Assembly: GCA_937876905.1 (NCBI GenBank)
Contig: CALEFI010000003.1
Coordinates: 6,541-70,540, forward strand
Length of the DNA stretch: 64,000 bases
Reading direction: 5' to 3'
From: an uncultured Treponema sp.
GTDB taxonomy: Bacteria > Spirochaetota > Spirochaetia > Treponematales > Treponemataceae
Part shown: in pieces, positions 35,788 to 44,896 of the stretch
How positions within the stretch are numbered: position 1 is the first letter of the stretch
How the letters are laid out: each line of letters starts with the position of its first letter
The notes under the pieces: model-generated
What the model was told of the DNA's origin: nothing
What the model saw: only the letters and a program-made list of their open reading frames with translations
Database searches by the model: none
Translations under genes and position numbers: made by a program

Positions 35788-36351
35788 ATGTCATTGATTA
35801 ACAAGGAAATCGGCGAGTTCACCGTAGAGTCTTACCAGAAGGGTGCCTTCAAGACTGTTTCCAAGAAGGACATTCTGGGCAAGTGGTCCGTATTCTTCTT
35901 CTATCCTGCTGACTTCACCTTCGTGTGTCCCACTGAGCTGGAGGACCTGCAGAACAAGTACGCCGAGTTCCAGAAGATTGGCTGCGAGGTGTATTCTGTC
36001 TCCACCGACACCCACTTTGTACACAAGGCTTGGGCCGACACCTCCAAGACCATCAAGGCCATCGAGTATACCATGCTCGCCGACCCCACCCACGTGCTTG
36101 CCAAGGACTTTGAGGTTTACATTGAGGGCAACGGCCTGGCTGAGCGGGGAACCTTCGTTCTGAACCCCGAGGGAAAGATTGTTGCCTACGAGGTGAACGC
36201 CGGCAACGTTGGACGCAATGCCGAGGAGCTGCTGCGCAAGGTGCAGGCCAGCCAGTTCGTTGCCAAGAACGGCGACCAGGTTTGCCCCGCCAAGTGGCAG
36301 CCCGGTGCCGAGACACTGAAGCCCAGCCTGGACTTGGTAGGAGCCCTGTAA
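35788..36351 (+). CDS. ahpC: Peroxiredoxin, typical 2-Cys AhpC
   Basis: FFFYPADFTFVCPTEL peroxidatic Cys and VCPAKW resolving Cys. RBS AAGGAG before ATG 35788. Confidence 0.9.
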   Translation: MSLINKEIGEFTVESYQKGAFKTVSKKDILGKWSVFFFYPADFTFVCPTELEDLQNKYAEFQKIGCEVYSVSTDTHFVHKAWADTSKTIKAIEYTMLADPTHVLAKDFEVYIEGNGLAERGTFVLNPEGKIVAYEVNAGNVGRNAEELLRKVQASQFVAKNGDQVCPAKWQPGAETLKPSLDLVGAL

Positions 36352-36353
36352 TT

Positions 36354-38012
36354 ATGAGCGGCCGCAACGATACAATCTACGATGTAGTTGTTATCGGTGG
36401 CGGTCCTGCTGGTCTCACAACAGCCCTGTATTTGGCCCGCGCCAGATACAGGGTTCTTGTTGTAGAGAAGGAGAACTTTGGCGGGCAGATTACCATTACA
36501 CACGAAGTGGTAAACTACCCCGGAGTGGAACATACCAGCGGTGCTGCCCTGACCGAAACAATGCGAAAGCAGGCACAGAATTTTGGTGCCGAATTCATGC
36601 TGGCCGAAGTGGAGCGGATTTCTGTGGCGGGCGATGTAAAGAGCGTCCACACCACTAGGGGAGAGCTCAAGTGCTTCGGCATTCTTTTGTCCACCGGAGC
36701 TCGTCCACGCATGATTGGATTCAAGGGCGAGGCCGAATTCAAGGGTCATGGCGTGGCCTACTGTGCCACCTGCGACGGTGAGTTCTTTACCGGGAAGGAG
36801 GTCTTTGTCATTGGTGGAGGCTTTGCCGCCGCTGAGGAGGCCGTATTCCTCACCAAGTATGCCCGCCACGTCACCATCCTCATCCGCAAGGACGACTTTG
36901 CCTGTGCCAAGTCCGTTGCAGACGAGGCGCGAAACCACCAGAAGATTACCGTACTCACCAACACCGAGGTGGATGAGGTCACCGGAGATTCTGTCCTCCG
37001 TGCCATCCGCTACCGCAACAACAAGACTGGCGAGGTGACGGAGTACAAGGCCGAGGCGGGAGACAACCTCGGTGTCTTTGTGTTCGCCGGATATGAGCCT
37101 GCCACAGAATTGCTTCAAGGTCTTGCAGACTTAAATGAACAAGGCTACGTTATTACCAACGAAAATATGCAAACCAATGTGCCGGGGCTCTATGCCGCAG
37201 GAGATGTCCGCATCAAGAGCCTGCGCCAGGTTGTCACCGCCGTAGGTGATGGCGCCATTGCCGCCACCGAGCTGGAAAAATATGCTGCCGCCATGCAGCG
37301 GAAGACTGGCATCAAGCCGGAGCAGCCACAGGGGGCAGCTGCAAGCCAGCCAGCTTCCCAGGACAGCGGAGCCCAGGAAGCAGACGGCAACCAGAGCAGC
37401 GACCTGTTCACCCCCGACATGCTGACCCAGCTGAATACGGTGTTCTCCAAGATGGAGAATCCCCTGATTCTGGAGCTGCAGCTGGACGACCGCCCCGTTT
37501 CCCAGGAACTGGAGAACTACATGGAGGAGCTGGCCAAGCTCACCTCAAAGCTGGAGGTTCGGGTGACGGCTTCCGGCGGCGACCAACACAAGCCCTGCGT
37601 CCGTATTTGCCGGGGAGACGGCAGCTGGACCGGCTTGGCCTTCCATGGAGTGCCCGGCGGCCCCGAGTTCACCAGCTTTGTGCTGGGTCTCTACAACGCT
37701 GCAGGCCCCGGACAGCAGCTGGATTCTGACGTCATGTCCGATGCCCAGACCATTGCAAAGCCGGTGGACATCAAGATTCTGGTGTCACTGTCCTGCACCA
37801 TGTGCCCCGACCTGGTGGTGGCCGCCCAGCGCATTGCCTCCCTGAACAGCAATGTCTCGGCGGAGGTCTACGACCTGAACCACTTCCCGGACCTGCGGGA
37901 CAAGTACCAGGTGATGAGCGTGCCCTGCATGATTATCAACGGAGGCGAGTCCTCCTTCGGCAAGAAGAATGCCCGCCAGATTTTGGACCTGATTCAGGCC
38001 CAAGCAAACTAA
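36354..38012 (+). CDS. ahpF: AhpF-like NAD(P)H peroxiredoxin reductase with permuted domain order (TrxR module N-terminal, AhpF-NTD-like thioredoxin folds C-terminal)
   Basis: DVVVIGGGPAGL at residue ~10, CATCDG, VFVIGGGFAAAEEA, AAGDV. Then a Q/A/S-rich linker. Then HGVPGGPEFTSFVL...VSLSCTMCPD...VMSVPCMIING. Confidence 0.8.
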   Translation: MSGRNDTIYDVVVIGGGPAGLTTALYLARARYRVLVVEKENFGGQITITHEVVNYPGVEHTSGAALTETMRKQAQNFGAEFMLAEVERISVAGDVKSVHTTRGELKCFGILLSTGARPRMIGFKGEAEFKGHGVAYCATCDGEFFTGKEVFVIGGGFAAAEEAVFLTKYARHVTILIRKDDFACAKSVADEARNHQKITVLTNTEVDEVTGDSVLRAIRYRNNKTGEVTEYKAEAGDNLGVFVFAGYEPATELLQGLADLNEQGYVITNENMQTNVPGLYAAGDVRIKSLRQVVTAVGDGAIAATELEKYAAAMQRKTGIKPEQPQGAAASQPASQDSGAQEADGNQSSDLFTPDMLTQLNTVFSKMENPLILELQLDDRPVSQELENYMEELAKLTSKLEVRVTASGGDQHKPCVRICRGDGSWTGLAFHGVPGGPEFTSFVLGLYNAAGPGQQLDSDVMSDAQTIAKPVDIKILVSLSCTMCPDLVVAAQRIASLNSNVSAEVYDLNHFPDLRDKYQVMSVPCMIINGGESSFGKKNARQILDLIQAQAN

Positions 38013-38053
38013 CCCAAAGAAGGGGCTCTCCATAAGGAGGCCCCTTCTTTGGG
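38013..38053. terminator. Long hairpin after ahpF (no clear U-tract)
   Basis: CCCAAAGAAGGGG(C-CTCC)...(GGAG-G)CCCCTTCTTTGGG forms a ~18-bp stem with one bulge. Confidence 0.4.
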
Positions 38054-38384
38054 TGCAACAAACCAATTAGCTCTGCCACTCGGCCCCGTAATCATTATCG
38101 AAGTCCCGCCAACATTTGAATCCATCGTCGCCGGCAAGCCCTATCGTCATAGGTCCAGTTACTCCTTGGCAATATTTTCAGACTGTCGTTGGGTTTTCTT
38201 ACCTTGGCGGATTCCAAGGTTGCGGGTAGTTTCGTCCCGGTAGCTGGTGCTGTACCATGCGTACACTGACGTTCATCATGCTTATGCCTCCGGCGACTTA
38301 ATATAAGTTGTTTGTATTTAAAGTAAGTCACAACAGCTTGTTTGTCCAGGAGTTTTGAGTTTCGGAGGAACTGCTCCCCCCAAC

Positions 38385-38416
38385 AAAAAAGGCCGGGGCT
38401 GGAGCCTCGGCCTTTT
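38385..38416 (-). terminator. Intrinsic terminator after serA
   Basis: GGCCGAGGC-TCCA-GCCCCGGCC hairpin on the minus strand, followed by TTTTTT. Confidence 0.65.
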
Positions 38417-38454
38417 CGCTTGTTCTCGCCAGTTGTCACCGGGTGGCAGCCCTG

Positions 38455-39633
38455 CTAGCCAGCGATGGGACGCACGCCGATGAGCCCCTTGATGGCTCCC
38501 AGCTTGTACATGGAGGCACCGTCCACGGGGGTGTCCACGTCGATGACGGTGTAGGCCACGTCGCCACGGCTCTGGTTTGTCATGCCGGAGATGTTCAGGC
38601 TGGACTCTGCCAGGGCGGTGGTAATCTGGCCCACCATGTTGGGGATGTTCTTGTGGGCGACGCACAGCCGTGTTCCGCCAGCGGGGATGGGCTCCTCCAG
38701 CCTGCACTTGGGGAAATTTACGGAGTTGATGATGGTTCCGGTCTCCAGGAAGTCCCGCAGCTGCCGCACAGCCATCAGTGCGCAGTTTTCCTCCGCCTCC
38801 GGGGTGGAGGCTCCCAGATGGGGCAGGCAGATAACCTTGTCGTTGCCCAAAAGCTCCTCGTCGGCAAAGTCGGTGACAAAGCAGTCAAGCTTGCCGGACT
38901 TGATTCCCTCCAAAATGTCGGCGTTCACCACCAAGCCGCCACGGGCCAGGTTGACGATTCGCACGCCCTTCTTCATGGCCTTGATGCGGTCGGCATTGAT
39001 GAGACCCTTGGTCTCAGGGGTTTGGGGCACGTGGATGGTGATGTAGTCGGCCCTGGTGAGGATGGTGTCCAGGGTCTCGGCCTTTGCCACGGAGCGGCTC
39101 AAGGACCAGGCGGCATCCACAGAGATGAAGGGGTCGTAGCCGATGACCTCCATGCCCAAATCGGAGGCACTGTTGGCCACCATTGCACCAATGGCTCCCA
39201 GACCGATGACACCCAGGGTCTTGCCACGAATCTCCGGGCCAACGAACTGGGACTTGCCCTTTTCCGCCAGGTCTGGAATCTCACTGCCCTTGCCTGCAAG
39301 ACCCTGCACCCACTCTGCGGCCTGGATGACGGGGCGGCTGGCCAAAAGCAGGCCCAAAAGCACCAGCTCCCGCACGGCGTTGGCGTTGGCTCCTGGTGTG
39401 TTGAACACCACGATTCCCCGCTCTGTCATGGCGGGAATGGGGATGTTGTTGGTGCCGGCTCCCGCACGGGCAATGGCCTTCACCGAGTCAGGAAGCTCCA
39501 TGCTGTGCATGTCGGCAGAACGGACTAGGATGGCGTCGGGAGTCAGCAGCTCGGAGGCCACCTCGTAGTCGTCGCGGGGCAGCTGGGCCAGCCCCTGGGC
39601 GGAAATCTTGTTCAATGTCTGAATCTTGTACAT
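38455..39633 (-). CDS. serA: D-3-phosphoglycerate dehydrogenase with a C-terminal ACT-like domain
   Basis: 2-hydroxyacid dehydrogenase pattern GVIGLGAIG, NLARGGLV, HLGAST. Adjacent to serC. Confidence 0.85.
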   Translation of the reverse strand: MYKIQTLNKISAQGLAQLPRDDYEVASELLTPDAILVRSADMHSMELPDSVKAIARAGAGTNNIPIPAMTERGIVVFNTPGANANAVRELVLLGLLLASRPVIQAAEWVQGLAGKGSEIPDLAEKGKSQFVGPEIRGKTLGVIGLGAIGAMVANSASDLGMEVIGYDPFISVDAAWSLSRSVAKAETLDTILTRADYITIHVPQTPETKGLINADRIKAMKKGVRIVNLARGGLVVNADILEGIKSGKLDCFVTDFADEELLGNDKVICLPHLGASTPEAEENCALMAVRQLRDFLETGTIINSVNFPKCRLEEPIPAGGTRLCVAHKNIPNMVGQITTALAESSLNISGMTNQSRGDVAYTVIDVDTPVDGASMYKLGAIKGLIGVRPIAG

Positions 39634-39718
39634 AGCTACTCCTAAAAGATGGATTACACCGAAGAATCATCCTCCTCGGCAGGCTTTGTTGCGGTGGCAC
39701 GTGCCGGTTCTGGCTGTC

Positions 39719-40831
39719 CTACCTGTTTTCGGCCGCAAACTTGTCCATAAAGGCAATGAGGGCCTTTACTCCCTCAATTGACATGGCGTTGTAGATGGAG
39801 GCCCGCATTCCACCCACCAGACGATGGCCCGCCAGATTCACCAGTCCGGCGGCGGAGGCCTCAGCCACGAACCTCTTGTTCAGGGCGGCCACCTTGTCTG
39901 GGTCAGTCTCCCGTGTCACAAAGGGGATGTTCATCAGGGAGCGACTGTTCTTTTCCACAGGACTCTTGTAGAAGTCGCTGCTGTCGAGGTAGCTGTAGAA
40001 CAGGTCTGCCTTCTCCTGGTTCCGCTTGAGCATTCCCTGCGCTCCGCCGTTAGCCTCAATCCAGGCCAAAACCTTGCCCATGAGGTAGATGGTGTAGCAG
40101 GGCGGGGTGTTGTACATGGAATCGCTGTCGGCGTGGGTCTTGTAGACCAGCATGGTGGGCGTGAGCGGTGCGGGGAACTCCGTGATGAGGTCCTTGCGGA
40201 TGATGACCAGCGTCACTCCGGCGGGGGCCAGATTCTTTTGTGCTCCGGCAAAGAAGATGCCGAACCTGCTGATGTCCACCGGCTCGCTCAGGATGCAGCT
40301 GGAGGCGTCCGCCACCAGCGGAATGTCGGTACCGTCGGAGCGCTTGCCCATTTCAGGCAGTGTGGCCCACTTGGTGCCCACGATGGTGTTGTTCAATGTG
40401 ATGTAGCCGTAGTCGTAGTCCCCCTCAATCCGCTTGACTTCGGGGATGAAGGTGTAGCCATGGTCCTTGGAGGAGGCGATGACATCCACTGTCAGGTACT
40501 TCTTGGCCTCCTTGATGGCCTTGTCGGACCAGATGCCGGTGTCCACGTAGGCGGCCTTGCCCAGCTTTTTCAGGTTCATGGGAATCATGGCAAACTGGGT
40601 GCTGGCCCCGCCCTGCAGGAAGAGGACGGAGTAGTTGTCAGGAATGCTCATCAGCCTGCGAACCCGTGCCTCGGCATCCTGGATGATGGGCTCGTAGTTC
40701 TTGGAGCGATGGCTCATCTCCATGACGGACTGGCCGGAGCCCTGGTAGTCCAGCATCTCGGCTGCAGCCTCCTGCAGGACAGACTCTGGCAGGCAGGAAG
40801 GGCCTGCGGAAAAATTGTATACACGACTCAT
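39719..40831 (-). CDS. serC: Phosphoserine aminotransferase
   Basis: YNFSAGPSCLPESVL, MEMSHRS, and QKNLAPAGVTLVI (PLP-binding Lys region). Confidence 0.9.
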   Translation of the reverse strand: MSRVYNFSAGPSCLPESVLQEAAAEMLDYQGSGQSVMEMSHRSKNYEPIIQDAEARVRRLMSIPDNYSVLFLQGGASTQFAMIPMNLKKLGKAAYVDTGIWSDKAIKEAKKYLTVDVIASSKDHGYTFIPEVKRIEGDYDYGYITLNNTIVGTKWATLPEMGKRSDGTDIPLVADASSCILSEPVDISRFGIFFAGAQKNLAPAGVTLVIIRKDLITEFPAPLTPTMLVYKTHADSDSMYNTPPCYTIYLMGKVLAWIEANGGAQGMLKRNQEKADLFYSYLDSSDFYKSPVEKNSRSLMNIPFVTRETDPDKVAALNKRFVAEASAAGLVNLAGHRLVGGMRASIYNAMSIEGVKALIAFMDKFAAENR

Positions 40832-40867
40832 AAAAAACTCCTTCGGGATGACCTTTGCCGTCCCATT

Positions 40868-41515
40868 CTATTCATTCTGTAAGAGACTCCCCGCCGCCAG
40901 TTGGCGCAGGGAATGGATTGCAGACACATTTTCCACCCGCACCTGGGGCGGCACCGTCAGCAGCACGTTGGTGTAGTTCACAATGCCCCGGATGCCCGCC
41001 TGGGCCAGACGCTTCCCGTAGGCGGCGGCAACCGCATCCGGCACTGTCAGCAGGGCAAAGACGATTGCCTCCTGACGGATTACCTGCTCCAGCCGTGAGG
41101 CGGGGTAGAGGGGAAAGCTTGCCTCCAGCAACTCCACCCGGTTGACGCTTTCGTCAAAGCCCGCCACCAGCTGGAATCCCGCCGCCTCCAGCTCGCTGTC
41201 GTCCAGCAGTGCCGCCCCGATTTTCCCAAGTCCCAGGATGCAGCAGCGGTGCCTGGCCTGGCCCTGCGTGGCAGCTCCAAAAATCCGCTCTATGGCCGCC
41301 TGCAATTCCCGGATGGGGTAGCCCTTGGCGGCTCCGCAACGGATACCCAGCTGGCTGACGTCCCGCCTGATGGTGGCATCCGTCCAGCCAGTGAGCCGGG
41401 CGATGTGGCGGGAGGTGATGGCGGCTTCCTCTGCAAAGCCATCGCCCCTCTGTTGTCGCAACAGCAGCAGCAGGCTGAGCAGTCGTTTTCTGGAAGGCTC
41501 TGAAAGGCTAGCCAT
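40868..41515 (-). CDS. rex: Redox-sensing transcriptional repressor Rex
   Basis: N-terminal wHTH (PSRKRLLSLLLLL...ITSRHIARLTGWTDATIRRD) plus Rossmann motif CCILGLGKIGAAL. Rex boxes lie upstream. The start is 41515 or 41539. Confidence 0.8.
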   Translation of the reverse strand: MASLSEPSRKRLLSLLLLLRQQRGDGFAEEAAITSRHIARLTGWTDATIRRDVSQLGIRCGAAKGYPIRELQAAIERIFGAATQGQARHRCCILGLGKIGAALLDDSELEAAGFQLVAGFDESVNRVELLEASFPLYPASRLEQVIRQEAIVFALLTVPDAVAAAYGKRLAQAGIRGIVNYTNVLLTVPPQVRVENVSAIHSLRQLAAGSLLQNE

Positions 41516-41555
41516 AAGCTCCCCCTGATTTCCGCCCAAGACGGAAGATATAACC

Positions 41556-41571
41556 TGTGAAATATTTCACT
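41556..41571. promoter_or_regulatory. Rex-box-like operator 1
   Basis: TGTGAAATATTTCACT compared with the consensus TGTGAA-N4-TTCACA. Lies directly upstream of rex. Confidence 0.55.
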
Positions 41572-41681
41572 AATTATGATAAAATTATACCGAATTGTCG
41601 CTGGTGTGGCAAGGGAAATTTGTGGAAAATTTGCTGATTTTCTGAGATTATGCAGCAATTTTCCCAAAAAAATCGAAAAAA

Positions 41682-41697
41682 TGTGAATAAATTCACA
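41682..41697. promoter_or_regulatory. Rex-box-like operator 2
   Basis: TGTGAATAAATTCACA has perfect palindromic half-sites. It lies in the rex / lipoprotein-gene divergent intergenic region. Confidence 0.6.
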
Positions 41698-41963
41698 TTT
41701 AATGTATCCTCCAAACACGGGGGCAGCCCTAATAGTGGCAAATCCTGAAAATGACTCGTTGTGAAATCCTGCTTCCAAGATTCCACCTGTGGGGGCAGGC
41801 ACCCTCTGCCAATATACGATGACAGAATATGATTTGGCATTCTAAACTGAAATATTAAAAATATATAACAAATTGGGGATGTATCTAAATTTACGTTGAC
41901 AAATTATATTTTTAGGTAAACAATTGAGATACAGCAGAAGCATATTTTTTTAAGGAGGAAGTG

Positions 41964-42353
41964 ATGAAAAAAGCATCGTTTTGCATTGGTGCGCTTGCAC
42001 TGCTGGTGGCGCTCTTTTTCGGATGTACGGATGGCGGGCTTGTGGCCACGGTATCCAATTCCACTGGCAGCGACATCCGGCTGGTTTCTGTCGGCACGGC
42101 GGAACCAAAAGAGAACCTTCCGCTAGTGATTCCGGCTGGCACGAGTACCACCTTGCATTTTTCCAATTTTCCTGACGGTTTTTACTTTGAGGTGGAGCAT
42201 GAGGGGAAGATTTACGAAGGGTACAGCGGCAGCCTGGAGGGAAGCATTGGACACAAGGGAAGCGTATCCATTGACATTTTTGCGGAGGACGACAAGCTAT
42301 CCTCCGCAAAGGGCGCATTGAAGGAGCTTGGCAAAAGAGATGACCAAAATTAA
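41964..42353 (+). CDS. Small lipoprotein, function unknown
   Basis: MKKASFCIGALALLVALFFGC lipobox. RBS AAGGAGGA. Confidence 0.65.
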   Translation: MKKASFCIGALALLVALFFGCTDGGLVATVSNSTGSDIRLVSVGTAEPKENLPLVIPAGTSTTLHFSNFPDGFYFEVEHEGKIYEGYSGSLEGSIGHKGSVSIDIFAEDDKLSSAKGALKELGKRDDQN

Positions 42354-42363
42354 AGGAGTTTAC

Positions 42364-42846
42364 ATGAAGCGAATCCTTGGGCTATTTTGTTTTGTGCTCT
42401 GTTCCCTTTCCCTGATTTCCTGTGCCTCCAGCAGGGTGGAGCCCCAGCCGCTCCCTGCCGACGTGGACTCCCAGATGATTGTGAACAGGGGAACCTGGCT
42501 CCATGACGGCTTCCAGCTGGCAGACGGTCAGAAGTTGTCCAAGGGACAGCTGAACCAGCTGCTTCTGAATGTTCCCCAGAACGAGGCTGTCATCTGCAAC
42601 TCTAGGATAATGAGCGGAGTGAGCTGGGCAATGCTGGGGCTGCTGGTGGCAAGCTACGCCACCAACGCAACCTATCAGATTGGCGGAGGGGACTTTCCTC
42701 ATACCGACACAGTGTTGACCACTACCTACTGGACAGGTTTTGCCGCACTATGGGGAAGCCTTCTTACCTCCGATATGGCCAGAACCTTGCGGCAGAAGGC
42801 TGTGGACAACTACAACCTGTACATCCAGGGAATTCCCGTCAAATGA
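42364..42846 (+). CDS. Lipoprotein with C-terminal TM-like segments (paralogue A)
   Basis: MKRILGLFCFVLCSLSLISC lipobox. C-terminus AVDNYNLYIQGIPVK is shared with the next gene. Confidence 0.65.
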   Translation: MKRILGLFCFVLCSLSLISCASSRVEPQPLPADVDSQMIVNRGTWLHDGFQLADGQKLSKGQLNQLLLNVPQNEAVICNSRIMSGVSWAMLGLLVASYATNATYQIGGGDFPHTDTVLTTTYWTGFAALWGSLLTSDMARTLRQKAVDNYNLYIQGIPVK

Positions 42847-42918
42847 GGACAGGGATTTCCGGCAGACAATACATTTTAGCTGTTTGCCATTTTGTATAAC
42901 ATATCAGGAGGTCCTTTG

Positions 42919-43389
42919 ATGAAACGATTTTTTTCCCATTTTGCTTGTCTCTCTGTCCTGCTCGTCCTTTCTTCCTGTGCTTCTGCCCCCGACCCGATTC
43001 CGCCAGAAGTGGAGGGAACGCCGCTACGGAACAGGTATTACAGTGAGTGGGGCGGCTCCAACTATAGGTTTCTGGACGGAACCAAGGTGAGCCGGAGCCA
43101 GCTGGAGAACATTCTGCTGGAGGTTCCCGGAAACGATAAGGTGTTGCGGAACTCAAAGATAGCATGGGGGACGGGGTGGGCTTGGCTCGGTGTGTGGTGC
43201 GCCGCTGTTATAGCCGGTGGCATCTACGAGGACAGCTGGCCCGGCGCCGAGGCAATGGGTATTGCCATGCCCATTGTGGAGACCATAGCTACGGTTGGCA
43301 TGATTGGTGGGTTCTGCTGGGGCATCTGGGAGGAGAACAGGGCCGTGGGCAACTACAACCTATACATACAGGGAATTCCCGTCAGATGA
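42919..43389 (+). CDS. Lipoprotein (paralogue B of 42364-42846)
   Basis: MKRFFSHFACLSVLLVLSSC lipobox. Same architecture as paralogue A, with C-terminus AVGNYNLYIQGIPVR. Confidence 0.65.
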   Translation: MKRFFSHFACLSVLLVLSSCASAPDPIPPEVEGTPLRNRYYSEWGGSNYRFLDGTKVSRSQLENILLEVPGNDKVLRNSKIAWGTGWAWLGVWCAAVIAGGIYEDSWPGAEAMGIAMPIVETIATVGMIGGFCWGIWEENRAVGNYNLYIQGIPVR

Positions 43390-44348
43390 GGATGGTGGAT
43401 TTCCGGCGGCTGGTGGGAATCCTGCTGTGCGGGGGAGTCCTGCTGCATCAAGAGGCATTTTCCCAGCCGGCCACTCCCCAGTGGCCCAGCTGGCCCCTGC
43501 CGCCCTCAGTTTCCTCGGACGGCAGCGTCTTCTTTCTGGACATGGAGACCGCCCTGCATTTCCAGACCATCCGGCAGCACATCTTGAAGGAGGAGGGAAC
43601 CCTGAGCCGCCTGGACTGGGGGCATCTTTTTCCCGTGGTGGCCATCACCTTCCAGGCGCAGCCTGAAGACTGGTGGTTTCTGCTTTCCACAGAGGCGGGC
43701 ATTCCCCTTGACCTGGGGACGGTGGAGGACTGGGACTTTCAGCCGGGAACCTCGAACGTGACCCACTACTCCCAGCACCACCTGCGTCTGGACAACCGCC
43801 TCGGCGTTACGGTGGCGGCAGGCTACAATGTTGAGCTTCCGGTGTGCCTGCTGCGCCCCCAGCTGGGATTCAGCTACCGCAGGCAGACTATGAGCGGGCA
43901 GGACGGCTACCTCCAGTACCCGGTGGCAGGATTCTGGACAGGGAACGAGCCGCAGGAGAAGGTAAATGGAAGGGTGCTGCAGTACCAGCTGGACTTCTTC
44001 ATGCCATCGGTGGGCCTGTTTGCCCGGTTCAATACACACTTTCCATTGACGGTGGAGGCGGGAATCATTCCCTATCTGTGGGTAAACGCCGTGGACTCCC
44101 ACTTTGTCCGCCTGCGTCAGTTCAATGACTACATGCACGGCGGGCCCGGCTGCTGGCTGGAGCTAGGGTTGCAACTGTATTCGTTGCACTTTTCCCTGGG
44201 AGTAGAATATTTGCGGGCCTTCTCTGGAAAGACCGTCTCCAGCACCATCGGCACAAATCCCGCCCCCTCCAGAGACTCCACCTCCACTCCCGCTTATGAC
44301 TCCCTCAGCATCTATCTTTCCCTCAGCTGCACCTTCCTCGCCCGCTGA
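43386..44348 (+). CDS. Putative outer-membrane beta-barrel protein
   Basis: Signal peptide MRMVDFRRLVGILLCGGVLLHQEAFSQ. Alternating aromatic/hydrophilic strands (GFSYRRQ, LQYQLDFF, LGVEYLRAF). The start overlaps the upstream stop (ATGA). Confidence 0.5.
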   Translation: MRMVDFRRLVGILLCGGVLLHQEAFSQPATPQWPSWPLPPSVSSDGSVFFLDMETALHFQTIRQHILKEEGTLSRLDWGHLFPVVAITFQAQPEDWWFLLSTEAGIPLDLGTVEDWDFQPGTSNVTHYSQHHLRLDNRLGVTVAAGYNVELPVCLLRPQLGFSYRRQTMSGQDGYLQYPVAGFWTGNEPQEKVNGRVLQYQLDFFMPSVGLFARFNTHFPLTVEAGIIPYLWVNAVDSHFVRLRQFNDYMHGGPGCWLELGLQLYSLHFSLGVEYLRAFSGKTVSSTIGTNPAPSRDSTSTPAYDSLSIYLSLSCTFLAR

Positions 44349-44389
44349 ACCGGCACTCTTGACTTTCCTCTCCTCGATCCGCTTGCCGC

Positions 44390-44896
44390 CTAAACCCTTT
44401 CCTCCAGCTGTAACAGCAGCCGCTTTGCCTCCACTCCGCAGCCAAACCCACCTAGGCCGCCGTCCTTCTGGATAACCCGGTGGCAGGGCACTAAAATCAA
44501 AATCTTGTTGCGGTTGTTGGCCTGTCCCACCGCACGCATGGCATTTGGCTTTCCGACGGAGACGGCAATGTCCCTGTAGCTACGGGTCTGGCCGTAGGGA
44601 ATGGCTTGCAATGCCTGCCACACGGCTTGCTGAAAGGGTGTTCCCGTCTGTTTTATGGGCAGCTGGAAGGATTTCCGCTGGCAGGCAAAATACTCGTCAA
44701 GCTGGCGACTGGCTTCCAGCAGCAGGGGAGATTCCGGTGGCATGAATTGGCAGGCGAGCGGCTCCGCTCCACCAGGCATGGCAGAAACCAACCCCACCTC
44801 CACAACAAAGCCCCCCGACTCAACAATCTTCAGGGGGCCGATTGGGGTGCGGAGGATGCAGGTTGCCTCCCCGCATCCCTGGTCATCCTGTGTCAC
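44390..44896 (-). CDS. ogt: Methylated-DNA-protein-cysteine methyltransferase
   Basis: Active-site motif VPCHRV, and IPYGQTRSY. Confidence 0.85.
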   Translation of the reverse strand: MTQDDQGCGEATCILRTPIGPLKIVESGGFVVEVGLVSAMPGGAEPLACQFMPPESPLLLEASRQLDEYFACQRKSFQLPIKQTGTPFQQAVWQALQAIPYGQTRSYRDIAVSVGKPNAMRAVGQANNRNKILILVPCHRVIQKDGGLGGFGCGVEAKRLLLQLEERV

